Shown: in pieces, positions 8,628-17,013 of the stretch
Position numbering within the stretch: position 1 is the first letter of the stretch
How the letters are laid out: each line of letters opens with the position of its first letter
Sequence record: ON210144.1
DNA from: Escherichia phage EEc2
Reading direction: 5' to 3' (one strand)
Length of the DNA: 44,883 bases
Position numbers and translations under genes: made by a program
Notes under the pieces: generated by a model
Databases searched by the model: none
Seen by the model: only the letters and a program-made list of their open reading frames with translations
Told to the model about the DNA's origin: nothing

Positions 8628-8788
8628 TGGAAATTATTAAACCAGTATTGAATATCGGTATTGAGATCCTATTCATGCTTGTGATCGCAGATTATGCTGC
8701 ACGATATGGCTTCAAGAAAGCAGTGAAACTTATCGTTGCATCTGGTTTTATGATGTCAATGTTCTTTATTGTAACACGCCTTATCTAG
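8627..8788 (+). CDS. Hypothetical small membrane protein (53 aa, two hydrophobic segments)
   Basis: ATG overlaps the primase stop (TAATG); translates MEIIKPVLNIGIEILFMLVIADYAARYGFKKAVKLIVASGFMMSMFFIVTRLI. Confidence 0.35.
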   Translation: MEIIKPVLNIGIEILFMLVIADYAARYGFKKAVKLIVASGFMMSMFFIVTRLI

Positions 8789-8805
8789 TGTATTTATCAG
8801 GGCTT

Positions 8806-8821
8806 GTCTTACATGTGAGAC
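8806..8821 (+). repeat. Conserved palindrome variant GTCTTACATGTGAGAC, copy c
   Basis: 15/16 match to the perfect palindrome, 18 nt after a stop codon, followed by T-rich sequence; no promoter downstream. Confidence 0.75.
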
Positions 8822-8860
8822 AGGCTCTTATTAAGTACATTAAATAACTGGAGATTGATT

Positions 8861-9544
8861 ATGTATAAATTAGTATTGAATGTAGGTGATTATGTTCGTA
8901 ACATCAATGAAGCCTCACGTCGTTATCGTTGCCGTGGTGTAGTGGCTCGTGTAAGTGAGAACATGTATCATGTAGAATATGATGATGGTATTAAGGCTTC
9001 TTATCACAAGAAAACCGCACATAAATACCTTGAAAAGGTTGTAGAGGTAAACAATCAATGTAAGTGCATACATGATGAGGTTTGCGATAAATGTGCTCGC
9101 CAGATGCTTAAGAATTTCCTAGCCCCTCTTTATTATGGTGCTGGTCCTCAAACACTAGCAGAGTACATGGCAGAAAAGAAAACCACACTCAAGAAAGAGC
9201 GTCGCAATGTAATCACTGGTAAGACTCAAAGTGAGATGATTAAGCAATGTGGCACTGCATTAGGTGTTACACAGTTCAATACTCGTGCATTGGGTAAATC
9301 CACAGGGCAAGCTATGGTGAAAATTGGTGAAGCTATGATGCACCCAAATGTGCCTGTGCGAATCTTGGATGTTGACCATGCAATCACAGAGCATGGCACA
9401 CCACGGCGTGTAGCTAATAATCATTTCGCCGACACTATAGAAGGTATTATTCGTAAGCAAGGGTTGAAGGGTCTTCACATCTTAAATGGTGAAGAATTAC
9501 TGTACCTACCTATCGTTACTGAAGAAACATACGTGAATATCTAA
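8861..9544 (+). CDS. Hypothetical protein (227 aa)
   Basis: ATG 8861 with GGAG 7 nt upstream (track start 8855 is TTG). Several Cys pairs (CKCIHDEVCDKC); no confident family. Confidence 0.6.
   Translation: MYKLVLNVGDYVRNINEASRRYRCRGVVARVSENMYHVEYDDGIKASYHKKTAHKYLEKVVEVNNQCKCIHDEVCDKCARQMLKNFLAPLYYGAGPQTLAEYMAEKKTTLKKERRNVITGKTQSEMIKQCGTALGVTQFNTRALGKSTGQAMVKIGEAMMHPNVPVRILDVDHAITEHGTPRRVANNHFADTIEGIIRKQGLKGLHILNGEELLYLPIVTEETYVNI
9433..9453 (+). promoter_or_regulatory. Internal phage-promoter-like sequence P3 (ATTTCGCCGACACTATAGAAG) inside the 8861..9544 CDS
   Basis: Positions -11 to +4 identical to consensus (GACACTATAGAAG); upstream half diverges. Predicted +1 G at 9450. Confidence 0.4.
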
Positions 9545-9554
9545 GGAGTTAATC

Positions 9555-9773
9555 ATGACTAAGGTATTAATTTATATGCGTGGACCTCATAAATGCTATG
9601 CAGTTGTAGCACCAAATGGCGTTAAGCCTTATCGTACTTCAAAAAGATTGGCATTAATAGGTGCTAGTAGTAGTGCAAGTTTCCAAATGGAACTTTTTGG
9701 TCATTGGACTGAAAGGCAATTCCGTGAGGATTTTAAAGTCATTGGCAGTTTCATGGTGAAATATGCAGAATAA
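9555..9773 (+). CDS. Hypothetical protein (72 aa)
   Basis: ATG with TAAGGAG upstream. Confidence 0.5.
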   Translation: MTKVLIYMRGPHKCYAVVAPNGVKPYRTSKRLALIGASSSASFQMELFGHWTERQFREDFKVIGSFMVKYAE

Positions 9774-9786
9774 ACATAGTCTTAGA

Positions 9787-9939
9787 ATGTTCGATGGTCA
9801 TGAAGACCTGCAAGCCAAGATTACTAACCAAGCCTTCCTGTTCGCACAGTTAACTATGGCTGAGGCCAAGAAGAATAGTCTCACTCGTGAACAGGTTATC
9901 AAGGAAAGTGAAGTGAAACGTAAGATTCGCAGTCGATAA
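9787..9939 (+). CDS. Possible small protein (50 aa)
   Basis: Fills the gap between 9773 and palindrome d, but the SD is poor. Confidence 0.2.
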   Translation: MFDGHEDLQAKITNQAFLFAQLTMAEAKKNSLTREQVIKESEVKRKIRSR

Positions 9940-9949
9940 GTCAAGGGTT

Positions 9950-9965
9950 GTCTCACGTGTGAGAC
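9950..9965 (+). repeat. Conserved palindrome GTCTCACGTGTGAGAC, copy d
   Basis: Perfect 16-bp inverted repeat (extendable to GGTTGTCTCACGTGTGAGACAGCC) followed by TTTTAT. Confidence 0.85.
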
Positions 9966-9996
9966 AGCCTTTTATCATGTTGATTGGAGGTGCATT

Positions 9997-10104
9997 ATGC
10001 CACGTGATTATGATTCTGATTGGGACTACTATGACTCAATGAATCCAAAACCAGAACGTTCAGATGATTACTACGAAACAGAGGCAATGTATGAAAACTA
10101 TTAA
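9997..10104 (+). CDS. Possible tiny acidic Tyr/Asp-rich protein (35 aa)
   Basis: ATG with GGAGG 7 nt upstream; translates MPRDYDSDWDYYDSMNPKPERSDDYYETEAMYENY. Confidence 0.3.
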   Translation: MPRDYDSDWDYYDSMNPKPERSDDYYETEAMYENY

Positions 10105-10309
10105 AGTCAGTAAGGTTTGCTCTTGCGGTAAAGGTTATCGCAGTCGTATTGATGGTAAGTGTGGACATTGTAGGTCTAAGAAAGAGGCTGCTTTGTTTGA
10201 CAAGTACCACAATGAATTAGCCTATAACTACCCACATCTAACACCTAATTCTTTATTAGGGCTTGGTTATAGGGCTAAATACTTTGGAGCAATCTATGAA
10301 ATCAATTGA
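10091..10309 (+). CDS. Small zinc-ribbon protein (72 aa)
   Basis: ATG 10091 with GAGG upstream (track start 10064 lacks RBS); CxC...CxxC motif CSCGKGYRSRIDGKCGHC; 14-nt overlap with the DNAP start. Confidence 0.5.
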   Translation: MKTIKVSKVCSCGKGYRSRIDGKCGHCRSKKEAALFDKYHNELAYNYPHLTPNSLLGLGYRAKYFGAIYEIN

Positions 10310-12842
10310 TTGGAAGAAGGAGGCAGAAGGTCGTATCCTCGTGATGGATGCGGAAGCTAAAGGACTCCTTGACGCTATCCGATATGGACACCGTGAAGAT
10401 GTGCATATCATTTGCTGCATGGATTTGCTTACTACCGAGGAGTTTCTCTTCTTTGACCCGTATGAGATGCGTGACCCTGAAGCAAGAGAACGCCTGAAGG
10501 AATGGGAAGGTCATCAAGATGGAACCTTGGTTGACGGTGTTAACTTCCTGAAGCACTGTGAGGCTATTGTGTCGCAGAACTTCCTAGGGTATGACGGTCT
10601 TCTCTTTGAGAAAGCATTCCCTGATATTTGGAAAGGCTTTAACTATACCGAGAAGCGCGGTAAGGGCAGACTCCGTGCTGACCTGTGTCCGGTGCGAGTC
10701 ATGGATACGCTGGTGATGAGTCGCCTGTTAAACCCCGATAGACGCCTTCCTCCGCAAGCATATGCCAAAGGTATGGGTAACGTCGCCCCTCACTCAATTG
10801 AGGCGCACGGCATCCGTATAGGTCGCTATAAACCGGAGAACGAGGACTGGTCTAAACTAACTGACCACATGGTTCACCGTGTACGTGAGGACGTGGCGAT
10901 TGGTCGTGACTTGTTCCTCTGGCTCTTTAACGGGGAATGGATGGAGCACAAACGCCGTGGCGTGAATAAACGCACGGGCCTAGGCATTGAGACAGCCTTC
11001 CACATGGAGTCCATTGTGGCGCTGGAGATGAGCCGTCAGGCCGAGCGCGGGTTCCGTCTGGACATCGACAAGGCTTTGGCCCGATGCGAAGAATTGGACG
11101 CTAAGATTGATGAGACAGTCGCAGCGTTCCGCCCTCACATGCCTATGCGTATCAAGTCTAAACCTTTTAAACCGGAAGAAAAGAATGAAGTATGCCAACG
11201 CGCAAATGAGTATGGAGCTGGCAACAATATACCTACTGTCCTTGACCCCTCACACTTTCTTCATGCCGAGAGACGAGGAGATCGCAAGACAGTATGGAGT
11301 GTCACTACTAAGTCTGGTGATTGGTCGGCTAGTGTCAAGAAAGACTTTCCTCACCTTAGAGGAAACCGTAATGACACGCCAAGTATCAAGTGGATTGGTG
11401 CTTACTCGCCTGTTACTTTCGAAGAGATTCCCTTGGGTAACAGGGATACAGTTAAGCAAGTGCTCTATGATTATGGATGGAAAGGTGTTGAATTTAACGA
11501 TACCGAGCAAGCGCATCTCGATGAGTATGGCGTATTACCAAAACCTTGGAGTGGAAAGATAAATGAAAAGTCTCTTACTTTATGGCAAGAGAGAGCCGCA
11601 CGTGAAGGTAAAACAGTACCCGATTGGTGCTTGGGTATCGCTGCATGGTACATACTCGTATCCCGTCGTGGTCAGATACTCAACCGTGGTGACGTTGAAG
11701 CCTTCAACGAGAAGGGAACGTGGCCCTCGCAGGCTGGTGTACGAAAGTGTCGCGGCCTTGTACCTGTAGCATTCAACAAGGAGCTAGGGATCAATGCGCA
11801 GCAATACTACGAAAGGTACGGATGCTGGCCTACGTCAGACAAGGATGACGGGGAGTGGCGTGTTCCAGCTGTTGCTATTAGCATTGGCACTTCTACGTTC
11901 CGTATGCGTCATCGTAACGTGGTTAATATTCCTGCCCGTGGCTTGTATCCTTTACGTGATTTATTCATAGCAGGTAAAGGCAAGCTAATCCTTGGTTGTG
12001 ACGGTGCAGGTCTTGAACTGCGCGTCCTGTCTCACTTCATGAATGACCCTGAGTACCAAGAGATTGTATTGCATGGTGATATCCATACACATAACCAGAT
12101 GAAGGCTGGTCTTCCTAAGCGTGACATGGCGAAGACGTTTATATACGCTTTCCTCTATGGCTCTGGTATAGCTAACCTTGCAGCAGTCTGCGGTGTTACT
12201 GAGGAAGAAATGAAGGAAGTTGTGGCAAGATTCGAGATTGAACTACCGTCTCTTGCACGTCTTCGTGAGAATGTTATCGCACAAGGTAACAAGTTTGGCT
12301 ACCTGCAAGCACCTGATGGGCATTGGGGTCGCATCCGCATGTCTGGTGGTGAACTTAAAGAGCACACGATGCTTAACGTATTACTCCAGATGACTGGCTC
12401 TTTGTGTATGAAATATGCATTAGTCAAGGCATTTGCAGTAATGCGCAAGGAAGGTGTAGCTTTGGATGCTATGGGAAATCCTTGTGGTGTGGCTAACGTG
12501 CATGATGAAATCCAGATGGAAGTTCCTGAAGAGGAGGTCTTGTATCTTAACTACGACCTACCTTTCACCTTAGATGGGTTCGAAACAGAGAAGGCTGCTG
12601 TGAAAGCAGTTTTCGATGCAGAGGAGAAACGTGTTCATGTGGATTCTGAAGGACGTATGTGGTCTGCTGCAAACCTCGTTAGCGTTGATGCTGATGCTGG
12701 TGTGTTGCATTGCCAGCGCCGTTATCACCGTGCAGGTCATATCATTGCCGACGCCATGACTTGGGCAGGGCAGTATCTGAAGATGCGTTGCCCGATGGCA
12801 GGAGAATATAAGATTGGCGCAAGCTGGAAGGAAACACACTGA
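10296..12842 (+). CDS. Family-A DNA polymerase (T7 gp5-like), 848 aa
   Basis: Pol I motif B RDMAKTFIYAFLYGSG and motif C HDEIQMEV; ATG 10296 with GGAG upstream (track start 10263 is non-ATG). Confidence 0.95.
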   Translation: MKSIDWKKEAEGRILVMDAEAKGLLDAIRYGHREDVHIICCMDLLTTEEFLFFDPYEMRDPEARERLKEWEGHQDGTLVDGVNFLKHCEAIVSQNFLGYDGLLFEKAFPDIWKGFNYTEKRGKGRLRADLCPVRVMDTLVMSRLLNPDRRLPPQAYAKGMGNVAPHSIEAHGIRIGRYKPENEDWSKLTDHMVHRVREDVAIGRDLFLWLFNGEWMEHKRRGVNKRTGLGIETAFHMESIVALEMSRQAERGFRLDIDKALARCEELDAKIDETVAAFRPHMPMRIKSKPFKPEEKNEVCQRANEYGAGNNIPTVLDPSHFLHAERRGDRKTVWSVTTKSGDWSASVKKDFPHLRGNRNDTPSIKWIGAYSPVTFEEIPLGNRDTVKQVLYDYGWKGVEFNDTEQAHLDEYGVLPKPWSGKINEKSLTLWQERAAREGKTVPDWCLGIAAWYILVSRRGQILNRGDVEAFNEKGTWPSQAGVRKCRGLVPVAFNKELGINAQQYYERYGCWPTSDKDDGEWRVPAVAISIGTSTFRMRHRNVVNIPARGLYPLRDLFIAGKGKLILGCDGAGLELRVLSHFMNDPEYQEIVLHGDIHTHNQMKAGLPKRDMAKTFIYAFLYGSGIANLAAVCGVTEEEMKEVVARFEIELPSLARLRENVIAQGNKFGYLQAPDGHWGRIRMSGGELKEHTMLNVLLQMTGSLCMKYALVKAFAVMRKEGVALDAMGNPCGVANVHDEIQMEVPEEEVLYLNYDLPFTLDGFETEKAAVKAVFDAEEKRVHVDSEGRMWSAANLVSVDADAGVLHCQRRYHRAGHIIADAMTWAGQYLKMRCPMAGEYKIGASWKETH

Positions 12843-12958
12843 TGGATAGGCTTGACATTATTTGCCTATTCTTCACTCTCTTTCTTACACTCCTTATGCT
12901 TGCTTGTTATGGGAGTATGAGACTAGATATACCTGATGAAGAAGAGGGTTACGACTAA
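12842..12958 (+). CDS. Small single-pass membrane protein (38 aa), paralog 1
   Basis: ATG overlaps the DNAP stop; translates MDRLDIICLFFTLFLTLLMLACYGSMRLDIPDEEEGYD. Confidence 0.4.
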   Translation: MDRLDIICLFFTLFLTLLMLACYGSMRLDIPDEEEGYD

Positions 12959-13056
12959 TGCAAACTGCTTTTATTATTCTTGGCATCATATTATTTATGG
13001 TAGTACTCTGGGCCTTCTCTGGCATTGACCCGGATTGTGATGGTAACTACGACTGA
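12958..13056 (+). CDS. Small single-pass membrane protein (32 aa), paralog 2
   Basis: ATG overlaps the previous stop; translates MQTAFIILGIILFMVVLWAFSGIDPDCDGNYD, sharing the hydrophobic core and (D)xPDxxxGxYD tail with paralog 1. Confidence 0.4.
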   Translation: MQTAFIILGIILFMVVLWAFSGIDPDCDGNYD

Positions 13057-13124
13057 GTTATACTCAAGGTCACTTACGAGTGGCCTTTATGGATAACTTA
13101 TCCCTACTTATTTTGTCTAACATG

Positions 13125-13145
13125 ATTTACTGGACACTATAGAAG
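13125..13145 (+). promoter_or_regulatory. Phage promoter P4 (ATTTACTGGACACTATAGAAG)
   Basis: Exact consensus; predicted +1 G at 13142. Confidence 0.85.
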
Positions 13146-13211
13146 GAAAGCCTAGACAATCTAGGTTTATAAGGTAGTATAGGTAATTAAGTAAATATAG
13201 GAGATATAAAC

Positions 13212-13589
13212 ATGTCTATGGTAACTACTCTGGTATTTGTAGCTCAATACTTTCGTGGTCTGGCTAATAAGTTCAAGTCCAAGGCTATCAAAGCTATTGA
13301 GTCTCGCATCGAGGCAGTACAGGCAGAGCAAGTTAAAGTTGAAGAACATCGTAGTTCTCAAATGATTGACTGCCATAACCGCTACTATGCATCTCGTGAT
13401 GACCTTAATGCACGCCAAGTCAAAGAGGTTGAAGAGATGCTGGCACGTCACCAGCAAGAGCGCGACAGTCTGAAAGCTGAATTTGAAGAGAACAAGGCAT
13501 CCATCGCCCTTGTACATCAAGCCGCATCTGACAGCCTGAAGAAAGAGATTGTTATGCTGGAAATTGAGTTAGATAACCTGACCAAATAA
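13212..13589 (+). CDS. Hypothetical membrane-anchored coiled-coil protein (125 aa)
   Basis: TAGGAG SD; N-terminal hydrophobic segment VTTLVFVAQYF, remainder charged and heptad-like. Confidence 0.6.
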   Translation: MSMVTTLVFVAQYFRGLANKFKSKAIKAIESRIEAVQAEQVKVEEHRSSQMIDCHNRYYASRDDLNARQVKEVEEMLARHQQERDSLKAEFEENKASIALVHQAASDSLKKEIVMLEIELDNLTK

Positions 13590-13608
13590 TTACTGGACAC
13601 TATAGAAC
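13588..13608 (+). promoter_or_regulatory. Phage promoter P5 (AATTACTGGACACTATAGAAC)
   Basis: 19/21 consensus match; +1 G at 13605; followed at 13611-13635 by an 8-bp-stem hairpin with CTTAGT in its loop. Confidence 0.75.
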
Positions 13609-13751
13609 AATAGGTCGGCTTAGTTCGGCCTATGATTGTAAAGTGTTGAACCTTATTGTGCATCTTGCACAACCCGATGCTATATCGGGCTTTCTAGTGA
13701 GTACATGCTTGTGCTCAGTACAAAGCTAACTGACAATAGGAGACTAAATAA

Positions 13752-14558
13752 ATGGCACGTGGTGATTTTGATTTTGGTGCTCAGGTTACTAAGGCTGAAG
13801 GTAAAGTATTTAAGAACCCTGAAGTTGGTGATCATGAAGCAGTAATCTCTGGCATCATTCATGTTGGTTCCTTCCAAGATATTTTTAAGAAAGGTAATAC
13901 CACTGAGGTTAAGAAGCCAGCAAACTTTGTTCTTGTTAAGATTATCCTGATGGGTGACGACGACAAGAATGAAGATGATTCTCGCATGGAACAGTGGATG
14001 GCTGTGCCTCTGAAGTCTGGTGACAAGGCAACCTTGACTAAGTTCCTGAATGCAGTTGACCCTAAAGAGCTGCTTGGTGGTTTCGATGACTTCATCGGTG
14101 AATGCCTGACTGCAACTATGGTTGGCTCTGGCGACAAGAATGATGATGGTACTTTCAAGTATGTTAACTGGAAAGGCTTTGGCGGTATGCCTGATAAGTT
14201 GAAGAAGCTTGTACTGGCTCAGGTAGAAGAGGAAGGTCTGTCTATGACAGGTCATATCACCTTCGACAAGCTGACCAAAGAAATCCTTGATGACATCCCA
14301 GCTAACTTGGTGCGTCAATACTTCCTTAATGAAACACCTCGTGGTAAGAACCTGTCTGTTGCTGGTTCTCACGTAGAAGCAATCATTAAAGCTGCTCGTG
14401 AAGAAGACCCAGAGTGGAAGAAAGCCAAGAAGAAAGATGACGAGGATGCTACTCCAGCTAATCGTAAATCTCTGGATACTGGTGAGTCTGTTCCACAGGA
14501 AGTACCTGAAGCAGAAGATACTCCTGCACCGGAGATGGATGAGGACGCGGAATATTAA
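13752..14558 (+). CDS. Putative single-stranded DNA-binding protein (T7 gp2.5-like), 268 aa
   Basis: AGGAG SD; beta-rich core with DKNDDGTFKYVNWK resembling the T7 gp2.5 NGDGTTTFKFK segment as I recall it; acidic tail ending EMDEDAEY. Confidence 0.5.
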   Translation: MARGDFDFGAQVTKAEGKVFKNPEVGDHEAVISGIIHVGSFQDIFKKGNTTEVKKPANFVLVKIILMGDDDKNEDDSRMEQWMAVPLKSGDKATLTKFLNAVDPKELLGGFDDFIGECLTATMVGSGDKNDDGTFKYVNWKGFGGMPDKLKKLVLAQVEEEGLSMTGHITFDKLTKEILDDIPANLVRQYFLNETPRGKNLSVAGSHVEAIIKAAREEDPEWKKAKKKDDEDATPANRKSLDTGESVPQEVPEAEDTPAPEMDEDAEY

Positions 14559-14567
14559 GGAGAAAGG

Positions 14568-14786
14568 ATGAAAGTACAAATCGTAACCCTGCACTGCAAG
14601 AAAGGTATCACAACGCTCGGAGGTAGCACTTTCCACTCTTTCTCCGAAGGGGAGATTTATGCTGACCTGCACTACGTCTGGCGCGACGGACAGCACGTGG
14701 TGAACTACAGCGACCCAGCTACGGGGAAACGCCACGGCGTATCGCTTCCGGCGCATGACATTGCTCAGGTGAACACAGTTTTATAA
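14568..14786 (+). CDS. Hypothetical protein (72 aa)
   Basis: AAGGAG SD. Confidence 0.5.
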   Translation: MKVQIVTLHCKKGITTLGGSTFHSFSEGEIYADLHYVWRDGQHVVNYSDPATGKRHGVSLPAHDIAQVNTVL

Positions 14787-14787
14787 A

Positions 14788-14803
14788 GTCTCACGTGTGA
14801 GAC
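14788..14803 (+). repeat. Conserved palindrome GTCTCACGTGTGAGAC, copy e
   Basis: Perfect 16-bp inverted repeat 2 nt after the 14568..14786 stop and 15 nt upstream of promoter P6. Confidence 0.85.
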
Positions 14804-14818
14804 AAATAGGTGTCCGGT

Positions 14819-14839
14819 ATTTACTGGACACTATAGAAG
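14819..14839 (+). promoter_or_regulatory. Phage promoter P6 (ATTTACTGGACACTATAGAAG)
   Basis: Exact consensus; +1 G at 14836. Confidence 0.85.
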
Positions 14840-14891
14840 AGAAGAATTTTAATCGGCGATAATGCCATAACCAACAAAAGGAGAATTTAAT

Positions 14892-15263
14892 ATGTTCAAG
14901 ATTGAAACTATCGTAAACCGTGTTGTTAAAGGTGCTGCTCTGGTATCCGTTGAGTCTTTCATTATCGTCGATGAAGCTGATCAACTGGTAGCTGGTACTA
15001 AGGCTTACGATACCCGTGAAGAAGCTCAGGCTAAGATTGACAGCATGGGTAACTTCGCTGCTGGTCTGGAGTTCGCTCGTGCTTGCTTCCCTGAGCAGGC
15101 TGACAAAGCTCAGATTGGTAAGGCTAATATCGTAGCTGAATATCTGGATTGGGTTGCTGCTGGTAAACCAGTGAAAGAAGTTAAGGCTGCTGAAGAAGCT
15201 GAAGCTCCAGCAGAAGAAGTAGCTGCACCGGAAACTCCGGTAAGCGAAGAGGAAGAATTTTGA
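14892..15263 (+). CDS. Hypothetical acidic protein (123 aa) with C-terminal SEEEEF tail
   Basis: Strong SD AAAGGAGAA; bracketed by promoter P6 and terminator T1; Ala/Glu/Lys-rich with an acidic C-terminus ending in Phe. Confidence 0.65.
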   Translation: MFKIETIVNRVVKGAALVSVESFIIVDEADQLVAGTKAYDTREEAQAKIDSMGNFAAGLEFARACFPEQADKAQIGKANIVAEYLDWVAAGKPVKEVKAAEEAEAPAEEVAAPETPVSEEEEF

Positions 15264-15322
15264 TAATAGCAGGTGTTGCCTCTGTTAGTCCTGGTTGACT
15301 ATCACGCTCACCTCATCTAATG

Positions 15323-15354
15323 CCCTGTCTGCCTTAGTGTAGGCAGGGTCTTTT
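15323..15354 (+). terminator. Hairpin plus U-run terminator T1
   Basis: Stem CCCTGTCTGC / GTAGGCAGGG (about 10 bp with G-U pairs), CTTAGT in the loop, then TCTTTTG; near-identical in design to T2. Confidence 0.65.
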
Positions 15355-15380
15355 GCGTAATAGTTATTGGAGAATGAATT

Positions 15381-15677
15381 ATGCCGACTATTGAATCTCG
15401 TTTACGCGCTGACTATAATAGATACTTTAGCCGCTTACATAGGGATTATATGACACACGTTACAGTATGGTTAGATGGTGAGATATTCTTAGTGTATGAG
15501 TATTTACATGATACGGATGACCGCTATGACCCTAGTTCCCTCCAAGTAGCAAAGTCTATTGTAGAGCACATCTTGAAGGAGTGGCCTACATGCGACCAAA
15601 CTTCGACTTCGGAGCTACAGTATCGGAAGACAATAACCTGTTGCTGTGGCCAACTGAAGGTAATAGAATCGCTTTAA
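15381..15677 (+). CDS. Hypothetical protein (98 aa)
   Basis: GGAG SD; C-terminal 29 codons overlap the exonuclease gene in another frame, so the true 3' end is uncertain. Confidence 0.4.
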   Translation: MPTIESRLRADYNRYFSRLHRDYMTHVTVWLDGEIFLVYEYLHDTDDRYDPSSLQVAKSIVEHILKEWPTCDQTSTSELQYRKTITCCCGQLKVIESL

Positions 15678-16618
15678 TAGATGCTGACATGTTACCCTAC
15701 ATCGTAGGTTATACAATCAGTGACATGACTTATGTACGAGCCACAACTCGTGTTAAGTCAGGACAAGTCCCATCAATCAAAGATACACCTGAGTGTAAGC
15801 AAGCGTGTGACCGTGTGAACTCCTTGCTCAACTCTTGGGTGTATGCAGCAGAGTGTGATGCAGCTAAGTTATTCATGACGAAATCAGAAGCTAACTTCCG
15901 TGTTCGCCTAGCCTTCACCAAGCCTTATAAGGGTCAACGTAAGACCGAGAAGCCTCCGTTCTTCTATGAATTGCGGGAGCATCTCTTAGAGGTTCATGGT
16001 GCAATCTTGGCAGATGGAGAAGAGGCTGATGACCTCATGAGCATTGCACAATGGGATAGCCACCGCCGCTTCCAGCAAGATACAGGTAACGAGTTCCCTA
16101 TCGGTAGTCCAGAGCATAAAGCATTCTCTGACACTTGCATCGTTTCCTTGGATAAGGATTTGATGATTGTTCCCGGTTGGCATCTTCAGCCGGGTCAAGA
16201 GAAGAAATGGGTAGAGCCTATGGGTTGGCTTGAGCTACGCCGTAAGGCTAATGGTCAGGTTAAAGACCTTAAAGGTGCTGGCCTCATGTTTCATTATGCA
16301 CAGATGATTATCGGTGATGATATTGATAACTATGCTGGCATACCTGGACGTGGTGCTAAATACGCCTATGATCTTCTCAAAGATTGTAAGACTGAGAAAG
16401 AGTTGTACATGGCAGTGCTTGGTGCTTACAAGGCTAAGTTCGGACATGGACAAGTTAAGATTAAGAATTACCGAGGTGGTTATCGTATCGGCAAGGCTTT
16501 TGACCTGATGCTCGAATGTGGTCGCCTAGCTCACATGGCAAGATTCAAAGGTGATATATGGCGAGCCGATAAGAACCCAATCTTGTGGGGAGATGATGCG
16601 GAATGGTTAGCAAATTAA
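15590..16618 (+). CDS. 5'-3' exonuclease (T7 gp6-like, FEN family)
   Basis: LIDADMLPYIVGY, IVSLDKDLMIVPG and IIGDDIDNYAGIPGRGAK parallel the T7 gp6 acidic clusters. ATG 15590 with AAGGAG 8 nt upstream (track start 15581 is GTG). Confidence 0.85.
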   Translation: MRPNFDFGATVSEDNNLLLWPTEGNRIALIDADMLPYIVGYTISDMTYVRATTRVKSGQVPSIKDTPECKQACDRVNSLLNSWVYAAECDAAKLFMTKSEANFRVRLAFTKPYKGQRKTEKPPFFYELREHLLEVHGAILADGEEADDLMSIAQWDSHRRFQQDTGNEFPIGSPEHKAFSDTCIVSLDKDLMIVPGWHLQPGQEKKWVEPMGWLELRRKANGQVKDLKGAGLMFHYAQMIIGDDIDNYAGIPGRGAKYAYDLLKDCKTEKELYMAVLGAYKAKFGHGQVKIKNYRGGYRIGKAFDLMLECGRLAHMARFKGDIWRADKNPILWGDDAEWLAN

Positions 16619-17013
16619 AATCATCGGAGGTAGCAGCTTATAAGAGGGAATTGCTAGAGAAGCAAGGGTGGAAGTGCCCACTATGTGGCGGCAGTCTCAA
16701 GGCTGTTACTCCTATAAACCGTGTACTTGACCATGACCATGAGACAGGATTCTGCCGTGCTGTTGTATGCCGAGGCTGCAATGGTGCAGAAGGAAAGATT
16801 AAGGGTGTTATCTCTGGTTACGGTAAGGCTGGTAACAACCGTTACTTCCAGCTTCAATGGTTAGAGCGACTATATGAATACTGGAAGTTACATAGTACGC
16901 CTCAGACAGATAAGTTATATCACAAACATCAAACGGAGGCAGAGAAGCGCGAGGCTAAGAACCGTAAGGCACGCCTTGCTTATGCAAGAAAGAAGGAGGT
17001 TAAAGTTGGGTAA
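16603..17013 (+). CDS. Endonuclease VII-type Holliday-junction resolvase (136 aa)
   Basis: CPLCG...LDHDHETG...CRGCN motif typical of the T4 endonuclease VII family; ATG overlaps the exonuclease 3' end with GGGAGA upstream. Confidence 0.8.
   Translation: MVSKLKSSEVAAYKRELLEKQGWKCPLCGGSLKAVTPINRVLDHDHETGFCRAVVCRGCNGAEGKIKGVISGYGKAGNNRYFQLQWLERLYEYWKLHSTPQTDKLYHKHQTEAEKREAKNRKARLAYARKKEVKVG

Noticed and set aside
13680-14756. 358-aa ORF on the minus strand
   Set aside because: It is entirely antisense to the putative SSB and the following gene, which have good SD sequences; its translation is low-complexity (F/L/S/C-rich) and every convincing gene in this genome is on the + strand.
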